Below, piece by piece: positions 1-7,660 of a stretch of 64,000 bases of DNA. Each line of letters begins with the position of its first letter. The stretch's first letter is position 1. The notes under the pieces are model-generated. The model worked only from the letters and a program-made list of their open reading frames with translations. It did no database searches and was not told where the DNA came from. The translations under genes and the position numbers were made by a program. The stretch is from Clostridia bacterium (GTDB lineage: Bacteria; Bacillota; Clostridia; Oscillospirales; CAG-272), in assembly GCA_017621415.1 (NCBI GenBank), contig JAGATD010000033.1, forward strand, positions 83,311 through 147,310, written 5' to 3'.

Positions 1-719
1 GCGGCGAAACGGTTACTCCGGAAATTCCTACAGGATATCAGCCCGGAAACGGAAAGTTCTATAATGACAGAGCAAATATCACAGGCGGTTCTGTATCGGT
101 AAAGGACTTTAACGCAACCACAACAGGTATAGGTGTAAACAATTCCAACGGAACCTCTAAGGTGGTTAAAGGAGTAAGCGAGTTTAATATGAGCGCAGCA
201 TCGGATTCTTATATAAGGATAGAGAATACGACATCTCCTACCGATCTTACAGAATATATCACTGTTTCCGAATTTGATATAAAGTTCTCGGGATTTGATA
301 TAAGTGCTATGAAAACGGCAGGAAATTACCCTTACTACTTTGCATATTTCCGCATTTACAACGGCAATGATTCGGGTGCAAATTACATCAGATTTGTGCT
401 GAATGATGACGGTGAGACTCTGTCACTTGGTACAAAGAACACTGCCGAAATAAAAATGGATGAGTGGTTCAATATTAGATTTGAAATAGTTTATAACGAA
501 GACGGATCAGCAGAATTCGACATTTACATTAACGGAGAGTTTGCAACCACCGTTAAGTACGATTCATTTGTTATGAAGTGCGGTAAGACATGGATATGCG
601 CAAATAGTAAGATGTATAAATCCGAGGCTGGAGCCGAGCAAGGCACAATATATCTTGATAACATCTATTACGGACACATTTCTTCGGAATATAAGACCGA
701 AGCAGAGGAAAATAGCTAA
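1..719 (+). CDS. 3' part of a gene open from the window edge; C-terminal LamG/concanavalin-like jelly-roll module of a secreted-protein family
   Basis: Frame 3 has no stop from nt 3 to the TAA at 717-719, so the listed GTG at 162 is unlikely to be the start. Motifs DEWFNIRFEIVYNEDG..DIYINGEF..IYLDNIYYG match the module recurring in 2299..3753, 40086..45326 (x3) and 46954..49146 (x2). Confidence 0.7.
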   Translation, partial: GETVTPEIPTGYQPGNGKFYNDRANITGGSVSVKDFNATTTGIGVNNSNGTSKVVKGVSEFNMSAASDSYIRIENTTSPTDLTEYITVSEFDIKFSGFDISAMKTAGNYPYYFAYFRIYNGNDSGANYIRFVLNDDGETLSLGTKNTAEIKMDEWFNIRFEIVYNEDGSAEFDIYINGEFATTVKYDSFVMKCGKTWICANSKMYKSEAGAEQGTIYLDNIYYGHISSEYKTEAEENS

Positions 720-778
720 ATTAATTTAACAAAAGCCCGACGCAGCGGGCGTCGGGCACGACCCTAAGGTATAATAAA

Positions 779-2032
779 ATGGAAAAATTCAGTGAAAAAT
801 GGCAGGCTCTCGAAGCCGAAGCAAACAGACGAGGCGGTGACGGGGAAGCGATAGTTGCCGCTATGAAGGACCACTACAAGATATACAGCGAGAGCATTTA
901 TCTTTGGCTTGCGGGACTTTATGATAAAAACGTGGGAGGCTTTTATTATTCCAACTCAGGAAGAGATAACGAGCCATTCCGCCCGGATATTGAATCCACA
1001 AATCAAGCGACAAACTTTATGCTCTCCTCGGGGCTTATTGATAAGCCTGAGGACCTTCCTCTTGCTATGAGAGAGCAGATGACAAAATTCTGTCAGAGCC
1101 TTATCAGCCCGACAGACGGCTACATTTACCATCCCCAGTGGGACTATAACGACCCGAATTGGAAGCAAAAAGATTCCAGAATGGGCAGAGATATGGGCTG
1201 GGCTGTAGATATGGCAAGAAAATTCAAGTTCAAGTACCCTTATCCCACCGCCAACGAAAGACTCAAGGCATCTCTTGAAAAGTCTGCGAAAAATGATGAT
1301 AAATCCAACCTTGCGCCTCATCTTCGCTCGGCTGAAGCTCTTTGGGAGTATCTCGAAACCTACAACTGGGAGACCGATGCATACTTCTCCGGTAATAACG
1401 TTGTAGCGCAATCCGGACAAATAATCGCCGCGGGGCTTAAGGATGTTGCAGTAGACTTCCTAAATAAAAAACAGAATCCCCAAACCGGACTGTGGGGTGT
1501 TCAGGGGGGCTATGTAGGAATAAATGCTCTGTTAAAAATTTCCGGTTTCTACAGAGAGGCAAAGGCGGTTATGCCCAACTCTGACAAGGCAATGCAGGCG
1601 GCAATAGATTGTATTACCTCTGACGAGGACTGCGGAACGATATGCTACCAGTATAACGCATGGTTCTCTGTAAGCAATATTCTTGAAATACTCAGAAACA
1701 TAGGCACTACGGAGGCAAAAGCCGAAGCCGAGAAGGCGCTCAAGGTGCTTTACAAGGGGGCACCCGAGGCCATAAGAGCAACTACCGAAAAGGTAAAAGC
1801 CTTTGCAAAGCCCGACGGCGCATTCTCCTATTTGCAGAAGACTAGTACAGGCTTCTCACAAAAGGCACCCGTATCAATTCATATGACTGTCGAGAGTGAC
1901 GTTAACGCAAGCGTTATTGCCAGCACCGGCACAACAAGGCATATGTACCAAGCTCTCGAACTGCAAGACTTCTTTGTTCCATTCTTTGATAAAGAGGATA
2001 GAAAAAAATTCATAGAAGCCCTTGATTATTAA
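779..2032 (+). CDS. alpha/alpha-toroid-like repeat protein (prenyltransferase/terpene-cyclase-like repeats), no signal peptide; function unknown
   Basis: 417-aa ORF. Full-length paralogue of 45352..46725 and of residues ~186-640 of 40086..45326 (shared LYD..VGGFYYSN, PD.EST.QA, NAWF, PEAI..T.EK...FAKPDG.FSY, E.DVNA). Repeated G-aromatic motifs (GGFYYS, TGLWG, DGAFSY) resemble toroid repeats. Confidence 0.75.
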   Translation: MEKFSEKWQALEAEANRRGGDGEAIVAAMKDHYKIYSESIYLWLAGLYDKNVGGFYYSNSGRDNEPFRPDIESTNQATNFMLSSGLIDKPEDLPLAMREQMTKFCQSLISPTDGYIYHPQWDYNDPNWKQKDSRMGRDMGWAVDMARKFKFKYPYPTANERLKASLEKSAKNDDKSNLAPHLRSAEALWEYLETYNWETDAYFSGNNVVAQSGQIIAAGLKDVAVDFLNKKQNPQTGLWGVQGGYVGINALLKISGFYREAKAVMPNSDKAMQAAIDCITSDEDCGTICYQYNAWFSVSNILEILRNIGTTEAKAEAEKALKVLYKGAPEAIRATTEKVKAFAKPDGAFSYLQKTSTGFSQKAPVSIHMTVESDVNASVIASTGTTRHMYQALELQDFFVPFFDKEDRKKFIEALDY

Positions 2033-2091
2033 TCTAAATGTAAAATATTGTTAGCAAAAACAAACAAAAAACAAGAGAAAGGAGTGACGGC

Positions 2092-2232
2092 ATGAGATGC
2101 AAAAAAGAAAAAAGCTTGTATCAAGCTCCGGAAATTGTGATAACAGAGCTTTATATACCCGACATTATCACCACCTCGGGACCCCTTGGCGGAGATGAAT
2201 CCGATGGCTTTGACGCAGGCGGCTGGACCTAA
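2092..2232 (+). CDS. small 46-aa ORF (MRCKKEKSLYQAPEIVITELYIPDIITTSGPLGGDESDGFDAGGWT), not in the ORF track; paralogue at 46778..46906
   Basis: ATG 7 nt downstream of AAAGGAG (2079-2085). It sits in the same intergenic slot as a second small ORF in the paralogous cassette. Shared core: Y.A.E(I/V)...(hydrophobic)..DI(I/V)TTSG, then a Gly/Asp/Glu-rich tail ending W(T/A). Confidence 0.6.
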   Translation: MRCKKEKSLYQAPEIVITELYIPDIITTSGPLGGDESDGFDAGGWT

Positions 2233-2298
2233 TATCTTATGCAAAAAATCGACAACAGAAACTTCAACAAAAACACAAATATTGAAAGGAAAAGAAAA

Positions 2299-3753
2299 AT
2301 GAACAAAATTAAAAAGATTTTTGCTCTTAGCGCACTTGCGGTATGTCTTGCAGGTATGGTTTTTGCCTTCGGCTCTTCCGCAGGAAGTGAAAGTAAGCCC
2401 GAAATTATTTCAAAGAACGTAATGTACACCGACAAGTTTATTCTTATGTATGCCGTTGACGCAGAAACGGTGGAGGGAAATGAAGCGATCCTTAATGTTT
2501 ACGAAGAGTATCCTACAGAGACTTCTACACCCGTTTGTACATTAAAGGATACTACCACAGAGACTGTTAAAAAGGCTGACGGAAATACCCACGAATGCTA
2601 CGTATTTATTACCAACGGAATTTCCGCAACCAAATTTACCACCAATTATTACGTAACCGTAACCGACGGCAAAAATGTAAGCGATGTTGTAAGATACAGC
2701 GTTGCCGAGTACTTAAATGAGCGCCTTTACAAAAACGGCATTGTCAAGGTCACCGAGGGAGATGACTTATGGAGAAAGGAATTTTACCTTTCCACTCTTG
2801 AATTCGGTGCAAAGGCGGAGCATGTTCTGTTTAATCTTGATGATAAGGCAGAAAATGACAGAGACGACCTTGTAACCGACTATAAGTACATCTACACAGA
2901 TCTTGGAACAATTGACGGATTTTACTCGGGCATTTATGCTCCCGGAACAGAGGTTGATGTTACTTACACAGGAAGCGATTCCAATGTTAAGGGCTGGACT
3001 GTTGAAAACCTCCAAAGCGGTAAAAAGGAATTTCTTGCCAGCGGCGCAAAGCTGACAGTTAGCGCAGGCTATTATTTGGAGCCAAACACGTTAGGAACTG
3101 TGTTCGAATTCGGCAAGGGCATTTATTACAATGATACAGCAGTTACAAGCGCTGCAAGATTTGATTACAGCAGTATGATAAGCATATCCGGATATATGAC
3201 CCGCTCTCTTGTAGACGGAACATTTAAGGCGACAAAGCAGACCGATCCCTCCACGGGACTTTGCTATGCGTCAGAAGCAACTGTATATGGTGCGGATAAT
3301 GCGGTTAGTGATTCTGTGTATACAGCAATGACAAATCCTGCGCTTGTATTTGAAACGGACATTATGTTTGATGGTTTTGACAATGATACCATATCAAATA
3401 TAATGGTCAGATTTAACGGTCTTGGCAAGCAAAACAGATTCTACCTTACAACCGACGGTGAGAAAGTAACACTTTCAGGTACTAACTTAAGCCTTGAGAT
3501 CGGTGAGTGGTACAACCTTAGATTTGAGTTTTATAAGGTCAGCGACTCCGGAGATAACGGAACTTATGCAACAAAGATTTACGTAAACAACGTATATGTA
3601 GGAACAAAAACTCCTACCACAGATGCAGGAACATCCCCATCGTTCCGCTTCAGACTTTATATGACAAAGGATGCATTGGCTCCCGACTCAACATTCTATC
3701 TTGATAATACTTTCTACGGATACGTAGATAAAGCTTATGTTGCGGGTCAGTAA
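2299..3753 (+). CDS. secreted protein with N-terminal beta-rich region and one C-terminal LamG-like jelly-roll module
   Basis: Start moved to ATG 2299 (MNKIKKIFALSALAVCLAGMVFAFGSSAG signal peptide; GGAAAAG upstream); the ORF-track start is 2239. The N-terminal region is homologous to that of 46954..49146 (YSVAEYLNERLYKNG vs VSVGHYLYTKLYKEG). C-terminal motifs GEWYNLRFEFYK..IYVNNVYVG..FYLDNTFYGY. Confidence 0.8.
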   Translation: MNKIKKIFALSALAVCLAGMVFAFGSSAGSESKPEIISKNVMYTDKFILMYAVDAETVEGNEAILNVYEEYPTETSTPVCTLKDTTTETVKKADGNTHECYVFITNGISATKFTTNYYVTVTDGKNVSDVVRYSVAEYLNERLYKNGIVKVTEGDDLWRKEFYLSTLEFGAKAEHVLFNLDDKAENDRDDLVTDYKYIYTDLGTIDGFYSGIYAPGTEVDVTYTGSDSNVKGWTVENLQSGKKEFLASGAKLTVSAGYYLEPNTLGTVFEFGKGIYYNDTAVTSAARFDYSSMISISGYMTRSLVDGTFKATKQTDPSTGLCYASEATVYGADNAVSDSVYTAMTNPALVFETDIMFDGFDNDTISNIMVRFNGLGKQNRFYLTTDGEKVTLSGTNLSLEIGEWYNLRFEFYKVSDSGDNGTYATKIYVNNVYVGTKTPTTDAGTSPSFRFRLYMTKDALAPDSTFYLDNTFYGYVDKAYVAGQ

Positions 3754-3812
3754 AATTTAAACACCGTTGTATTGAAGCTAACGAAAAAATAATTTGATAA
3801 AATAAAAAAGTT

Positions 3813-3844
3813 AAAAGCGACACTTGAGAGAGTGTCGCTTTTTG
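3813..3844. terminator. bidirectional intrinsic terminator between convergent genes
   Basis: AAAGCGACACT-TGAGAG-AGTGTCGCTTT, flanked by an A-run upstream and a T-run downstream. Confidence 0.7.
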
Positions 3845-3902
3845 CGCTCTAAAAGCCAAGAAATGTAAATAAATATTGTCAAAATGCCGTTTTATCTGTG
3901 TT

Positions 3903-4520
3903 TTAACGTCTTATAAAGTTCGTCTTTGCTGCGGATTCCTTTTCGGGGAGTCCGTATTTTTCTTTGCCGAGAGAGATGGATTTTATCATAAATGCCATGT
4001 TTCTTGCGAGGTTGCGCATAGTCTGCATACCCTCTTCGTCAAAGGAGGCATCCTCGCCGTTTGAGCCATGTACCTGGTTCCAATAGGAGCTTGTGGCGAT
4101 AGGCATACCGGAAATAGAGAAATACTTGTTTATTACGTCAAAGCTGGCGGTACAGCCGCCTCGTCTTGCGCAGACTACTGCAGCTCCCACTTTCATAGTT
4201 TTATCAAACTTTGAGCTAAAGAACAGACGGTCGAGAAAGGCTACAAGACTGCCGTTTGGCGAAGCATAGTAGACAGGGGAGCCGACAATAACTCCGTCAG
4301 CCTCTTTCAGCTTTTCCGCCGCCTCGTTTACCGAGTCTTTTATAACACACCCGCTTCCGTCTTTACATCCCAGGCATACCATACAGCCCTTTACACTTGT
4401 ACCGATGTGCAAAATCTCGGTTTCCACACCCTCTTCTTTAAGAATGCGTTCAGCCTCGGACAGAGCGGTAAAGGTTGTGCCGTTTTTATGAGGCGAACCG
4501 TTGATTAAAAGTACTTTCAC
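3903..4520 (-). CDS. flavodoxin-like fold NAD(P)H-dependent FMN reductase / iron-sulfur flavoprotein family
   Basis: MKVLLINGSPHKNGTT.. N-terminus, VIVGSPVYYASP motif and a Cys cluster CMVCLGC..GC typical of this family. Confidence 0.8.
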   Translation of the reverse strand: MKVLLINGSPHKNGTTFTALSEAERILKEEGVETEILHIGTSVKGCMVCLGCKDGSGCVIKDSVNEAAEKLKEADGVIVGSPVYYASPNGSLVAFLDRLFFSSKFDKTMKVGAAVVCARRGGCTASFDVINKYFSISGMPIATSSYWNQVHGSNGEDASFDEEGMQTMRNLARNMAFMIKSISLGKEKYGLPEKESAAKTNFIRR

Positions 4521-4670
4521 TTGTTTTCTCGCTTTCTATTTGTTAATTTTTTGTAAATTAAATCAATGAATTAATTTGAAAAATGTAGGTTTTACTATTG
4601 CTTCACCGCTATTTTACCACAGTTTTCTGTTTCTTTCAAGTCTTAAAAAGCAAAAAAATTCATTTCCCCC

Positions 4671-4699
4671 TTGAAACTGCCCAGCTTGTGTGCTATAAT
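4671..4699 (+). promoter_or_regulatory. sigma-A-type promoter for the MutS-like operon
   Basis: TTGAAA (4671-4676), 17 bp, TATAAT (4694-4699), with TG two nt upstream of the -10. Confidence 0.55.
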
Positions 4700-4758
4700 A
4701 TAAAATAACTTTAATTTATTTGTATGCGCGATGTGTTTTGCGCGTGAAAGGCAGCGAA

Positions 4759-6372
4759 ATGCAAGAGAATTTTATCAGTCTTCTTTATCCGAACGAGAAT
4801 TCCCGGGATGCTCATGCCGACGGAAAGTCTCTTCCCAATATATCCGATGATGTTTGCTATGAGCTTGGACTTGAAGAAATATTTGACCTTAAGTGCGGCT
4901 CGCTTTCGAATTTCTTTACTAAAGACGAAGAAGTTATAGCATATAGGCAAAGAACTCTAAATGACGTTGTTGAAATTCCCGAGCTTAGCAAAACGCTTTC
5001 TGCGGTTACACCTATTCTCGAAGATATAAATGAGCTTCGCCGTCTTGATATTGAGACAAATGCTTCCGGAGAGTCCTACCTCTATAGCATAACAGAAATC
5101 GAGCTTTATGTTTCCTGCATTGATACTCTTTCACGTGGGCTTTCTCCCGTGCGTGAAAAAATAAAGAGCGAGGCATTCTCTGCTCTTGCGGATTTTGCGA
5201 TAAAGCTTTCACAGTCGGAGTATTACAAAGAGCTTAACAAAAGTCTTGAATCCCTTGCATCAAGAGTTCACGAGGTAAGAAGCATTACGGTAGGAGTAAA
5301 CCTTGATAACCAGCTCCGCCCCGCATCTGCAGGTGTTATTTCGATAAATTCCGAGCAGTTCAAGTCGGGAAAGGTGCTTGATAAAATTCTTCGTTTTTCG
5401 TTCAAGAATGATGCTTTTACCTGTATTGCGGACCTTTCTCCTTTTGGAAAGGGTCAAAGCGAGAATAGGCAGGAGGCGCTTGTAGGTGCTTTCAACTCGG
5501 CTATTGAGGAGGTCTTCCGCAGTTCTGTAAAGGGTTGGAGAGCGGTTGTCGGAGAGTATGTTCTTGACAGTACGGATTTTCTTCTACGTCTTCTTCCTGA
5601 AATTGAGTTTGTAACCAAATCGGCAGAGCTTGTGTCAAAGCTTTCGTCACACCCGGGCTGCAGGATGACCGTGCCTAAGATTTGCCCTAAGGAGGAGCGG
5701 GCATTCCGCGCCGTAGGCATATACAATCCCAGGGTCGCACTGGCAATTGACGATGAAATTGTTACAAACGATTTTATGTTTGACGATGATGCTCACATTT
5801 ATGTTCTTACAGGACCTAACCGAGGCGGAAAGTCTGTTATAACCGTCGCCGTGGGAGCTTCTCAAGCTTTATTCCAGCTTGGACTGCCTGTTCCGGCTGA
5901 GTCCGCGGAGCTTTCGGTCGTTGATGCAATATTTACTCATTTCCCCGAGGGGGCTGATGACACCATTGATAAAGGGCGTCTCGGTGAGGAGTGCGCAAGA
6001 CTTAAGGAAATATTTGATTCTGTAACACCCGACAGTATGATACTTCTTGACGAGTCTCTATCGTCAACCGGTGCATACGAGGCATCGTATATCGCGTCTG
6101 AAATTCTTTCGGGATTTGCTGTGCTTGGGTGTCGCGGAATATTCTCGACCCACCTTCACGAGCTTGCGGCAAGTGTTCCCGAGATAAACAAGCGCTCAGA
6201 GGAGCTTGGCGGAATAAAAATAGATACCTTAGTCGCAGGTATCGAGGAGGGACGCCGTTCGTTTAAAATATACAGGGCAAAGCCTGACGGTAAATCATAT
6301 GCCCGAGATATTGCCGACAAATACGGTCTGTCCTTTGACACCCTTATGCAAAGAATCGGAAAGGGCGATTGA
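4759..6372 (+). CDS. MutS-family ATPase (domain V type) lacking an obvious mismatch-binding N-terminal domain and Smr domain
   Basis: Walker A TGPNRGGKS; MutS signature region ILLDESLSSTGAYEASYIA..FSTHLHEL. Start chosen at ATG 4759 (GAAAGG RBS) rather than the TTG at 4720. Confidence 0.8.
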   Translation: MQENFISLLYPNENSRDAHADGKSLPNISDDVCYELGLEEIFDLKCGSLSNFFTKDEEVIAYRQRTLNDVVEIPELSKTLSAVTPILEDINELRRLDIETNASGESYLYSITEIELYVSCIDTLSRGLSPVREKIKSEAFSALADFAIKLSQSEYYKELNKSLESLASRVHEVRSITVGVNLDNQLRPASAGVISINSEQFKSGKVLDKILRFSFKNDAFTCIADLSPFGKGQSENRQEALVGAFNSAIEEVFRSSVKGWRAVVGEYVLDSTDFLLRLLPEIEFVTKSAELVSKLSSHPGCRMTVPKICPKEERAFRAVGIYNPRVALAIDDEIVTNDFMFDDDAHIYVLTGPNRGGKSVITVAVGASQALFQLGLPVPAESAELSVVDAIFTHFPEGADDTIDKGRLGEECARLKEIFDSVTPDSMILLDESLSSTGAYEASYIASEILSGFAVLGCRGIFSTHLHELAASVPEINKRSEELGGIKIDTLVAGIEEGRRSFKIYRAKPDGKSYARDIADKYGLSFDTLMQRIGKGD

Positions 6373-7235
6373 TGATGAAAACTGTAATTGGAATAGATGT
6401 TGGAGGCAGCACAACTAAGATTGTGGGCTTCCGTATAGAAAAGGGGTGCTGCGAGCTGATAGAGCCGCAGATAGTTAAGGCTAATGACCCCATAACTGCG
6501 ACATATGGCGCTTTTGGAAAATTTACTGATGAAAACAATCTGAAGTTTTCTGATATAGCCAAGGTTTATATGACAGGTGTAGGCTCTGCCTACATTCGCA
6601 AAAATCTTTACGGTCTCTCTTGCGAGAGAGTAGAGGAATTTAACAGTATAGGACAGGGCGGACTTTATCTTTCGGGCCTCTCTGAAGCCTTGGTTGTGAG
6701 CATGGGTACAGGTACTGCTATGGTACATGCAAAGGCAGATGGAAAAATGACCTACCTTGGCGGTACGGGTGTCGGCGGCGGTACTCTTATGGGACTTTCA
6801 AAGCTTATGCTCGGCGCTGAAACCGTTGAACACATTATCGAATATGCCGAGGAGGGCAGCCTTGATAACATAGACCTGAAAATCAAGGATATGACCGCTG
6901 ACGATTCGCTCACGGCATTGTCTCGCGACCTTACCGCAGCTAACTTCGGAAATGTATCCGACCTTTGCACAAAAAACGATATTGCTATCGGAATTCTCAA
7001 TCTTGTTTTCGAGACGGTGGCTATGGTATCTGTTTTTGCCGCCAGAAGCGTTGGTGTATCTGACATTGTGCTCACAGGAAGCATAACTCAGCTGGCTCTG
7101 TGCCGTAAGAAGTTTGAGGAGCTTAATGCTATGAATTACGGTGTTAAATTCCATGTTCCAGAGCGCTCAAGGTATGCAACAGTCATAGGTACGGCTATCA
7201 GAGCTATACCGTGTGAGTACTGCGAGGTAAATTAA
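6372..7235 (+). CDS. coaW: type II pantothenate kinase-like (Fumble/CoaW family, ASKHA fold)
   Basis: GIDVGGSTTKIVGF phosphate-1 motif, GTGTAMV, GGTGVGGGTLMGL, IVLTGS. The start overlaps the upstream stop (TGATG). Confidence 0.65.
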   Translation: MMKTVIGIDVGGSTTKIVGFRIEKGCCELIEPQIVKANDPITATYGAFGKFTDENNLKFSDIAKVYMTGVGSAYIRKNLYGLSCERVEEFNSIGQGGLYLSGLSEALVVSMGTGTAMVHAKADGKMTYLGGTGVGGGTLMGLSKLMLGAETVEHIIEYAEEGSLDNIDLKIKDMTADDSLTALSRDLTAANFGNVSDLCTKNDIAIGILNLVFETVAMVSVFAARSVGVSDIVLTGSITQLALCRKKFEELNAMNYGVKFHVPERSRYATVIGTAIRAIPCEYCEVN

Positions 7236-7237
7236 CC

Positions 7238-7660
7238 GTGAACATTCTACGCTTTATGGTTCCGAAAAGTTTGGTTGAATACCTGACGGAGGACCTTACT
7301 TTCAGGCAGGCGCTTGAAAAAATGAGATATCACAGATATGCCGCAATTCCTGTTCTCGACAGCGAGGGCAGATATGTCGGAACTCTTCGCAACGATGACG
7401 TATTGCGATTTATCTTGGAGCTTTCGGAATTCAGTCCCAAGGCGGCAGAGAAAATTTCGCTCTCCTCGCTTATGGATTCCAAGAGTGTAAAGCCTGTTTA
7501 TCATAATGCTTCAATGCAGGAGCTTATCGAACAGATAAAGGAGCACAATTTTGTTCCGGTTGTTGATGATAGGGGCTGTTTTATCGGCATTATACTTAGG
7601 CGGGACGTTTTAAATTATTTGTTGGACTTTTATAACGAAAATGACGGGGGTAACCAATAA
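7238..7660 (+). CDS. CBS-pair protein, CbpB/YkuL-like
   Basis: 140 aa, two CBS motifs (HRYAAIPVLDSEGRYVGTL; HNFVPVVDDRGCFIGIILRRDVL). GTG start preceded by GAGGT. Confidence 0.7.
   Translation: MNILRFMVPKSLVEYLTEDLTFRQALEKMRYHRYAAIPVLDSEGRYVGTLRNDDVLRFILELSEFSPKAAEKISLSSLMDSKSVKPVYHNASMQELIEQIKEHNFVPVVDDRGCFIGIILRRDVLNYLLDFYNENDGGNQ

Noticed and set aside
2239-2298. Upstream ATG (2239) for the secreted protein gene, adding MQKIDNRNFNKNTNIERKRK before the signal peptide
   Set aside because: The extension is hydrophilic and would bury the signal peptide. ATG 2299 has a purine-rich RBS and gives a canonical MNKIKK + hydrophobic core N-terminus. The 2239 start cannot be fully excluded.
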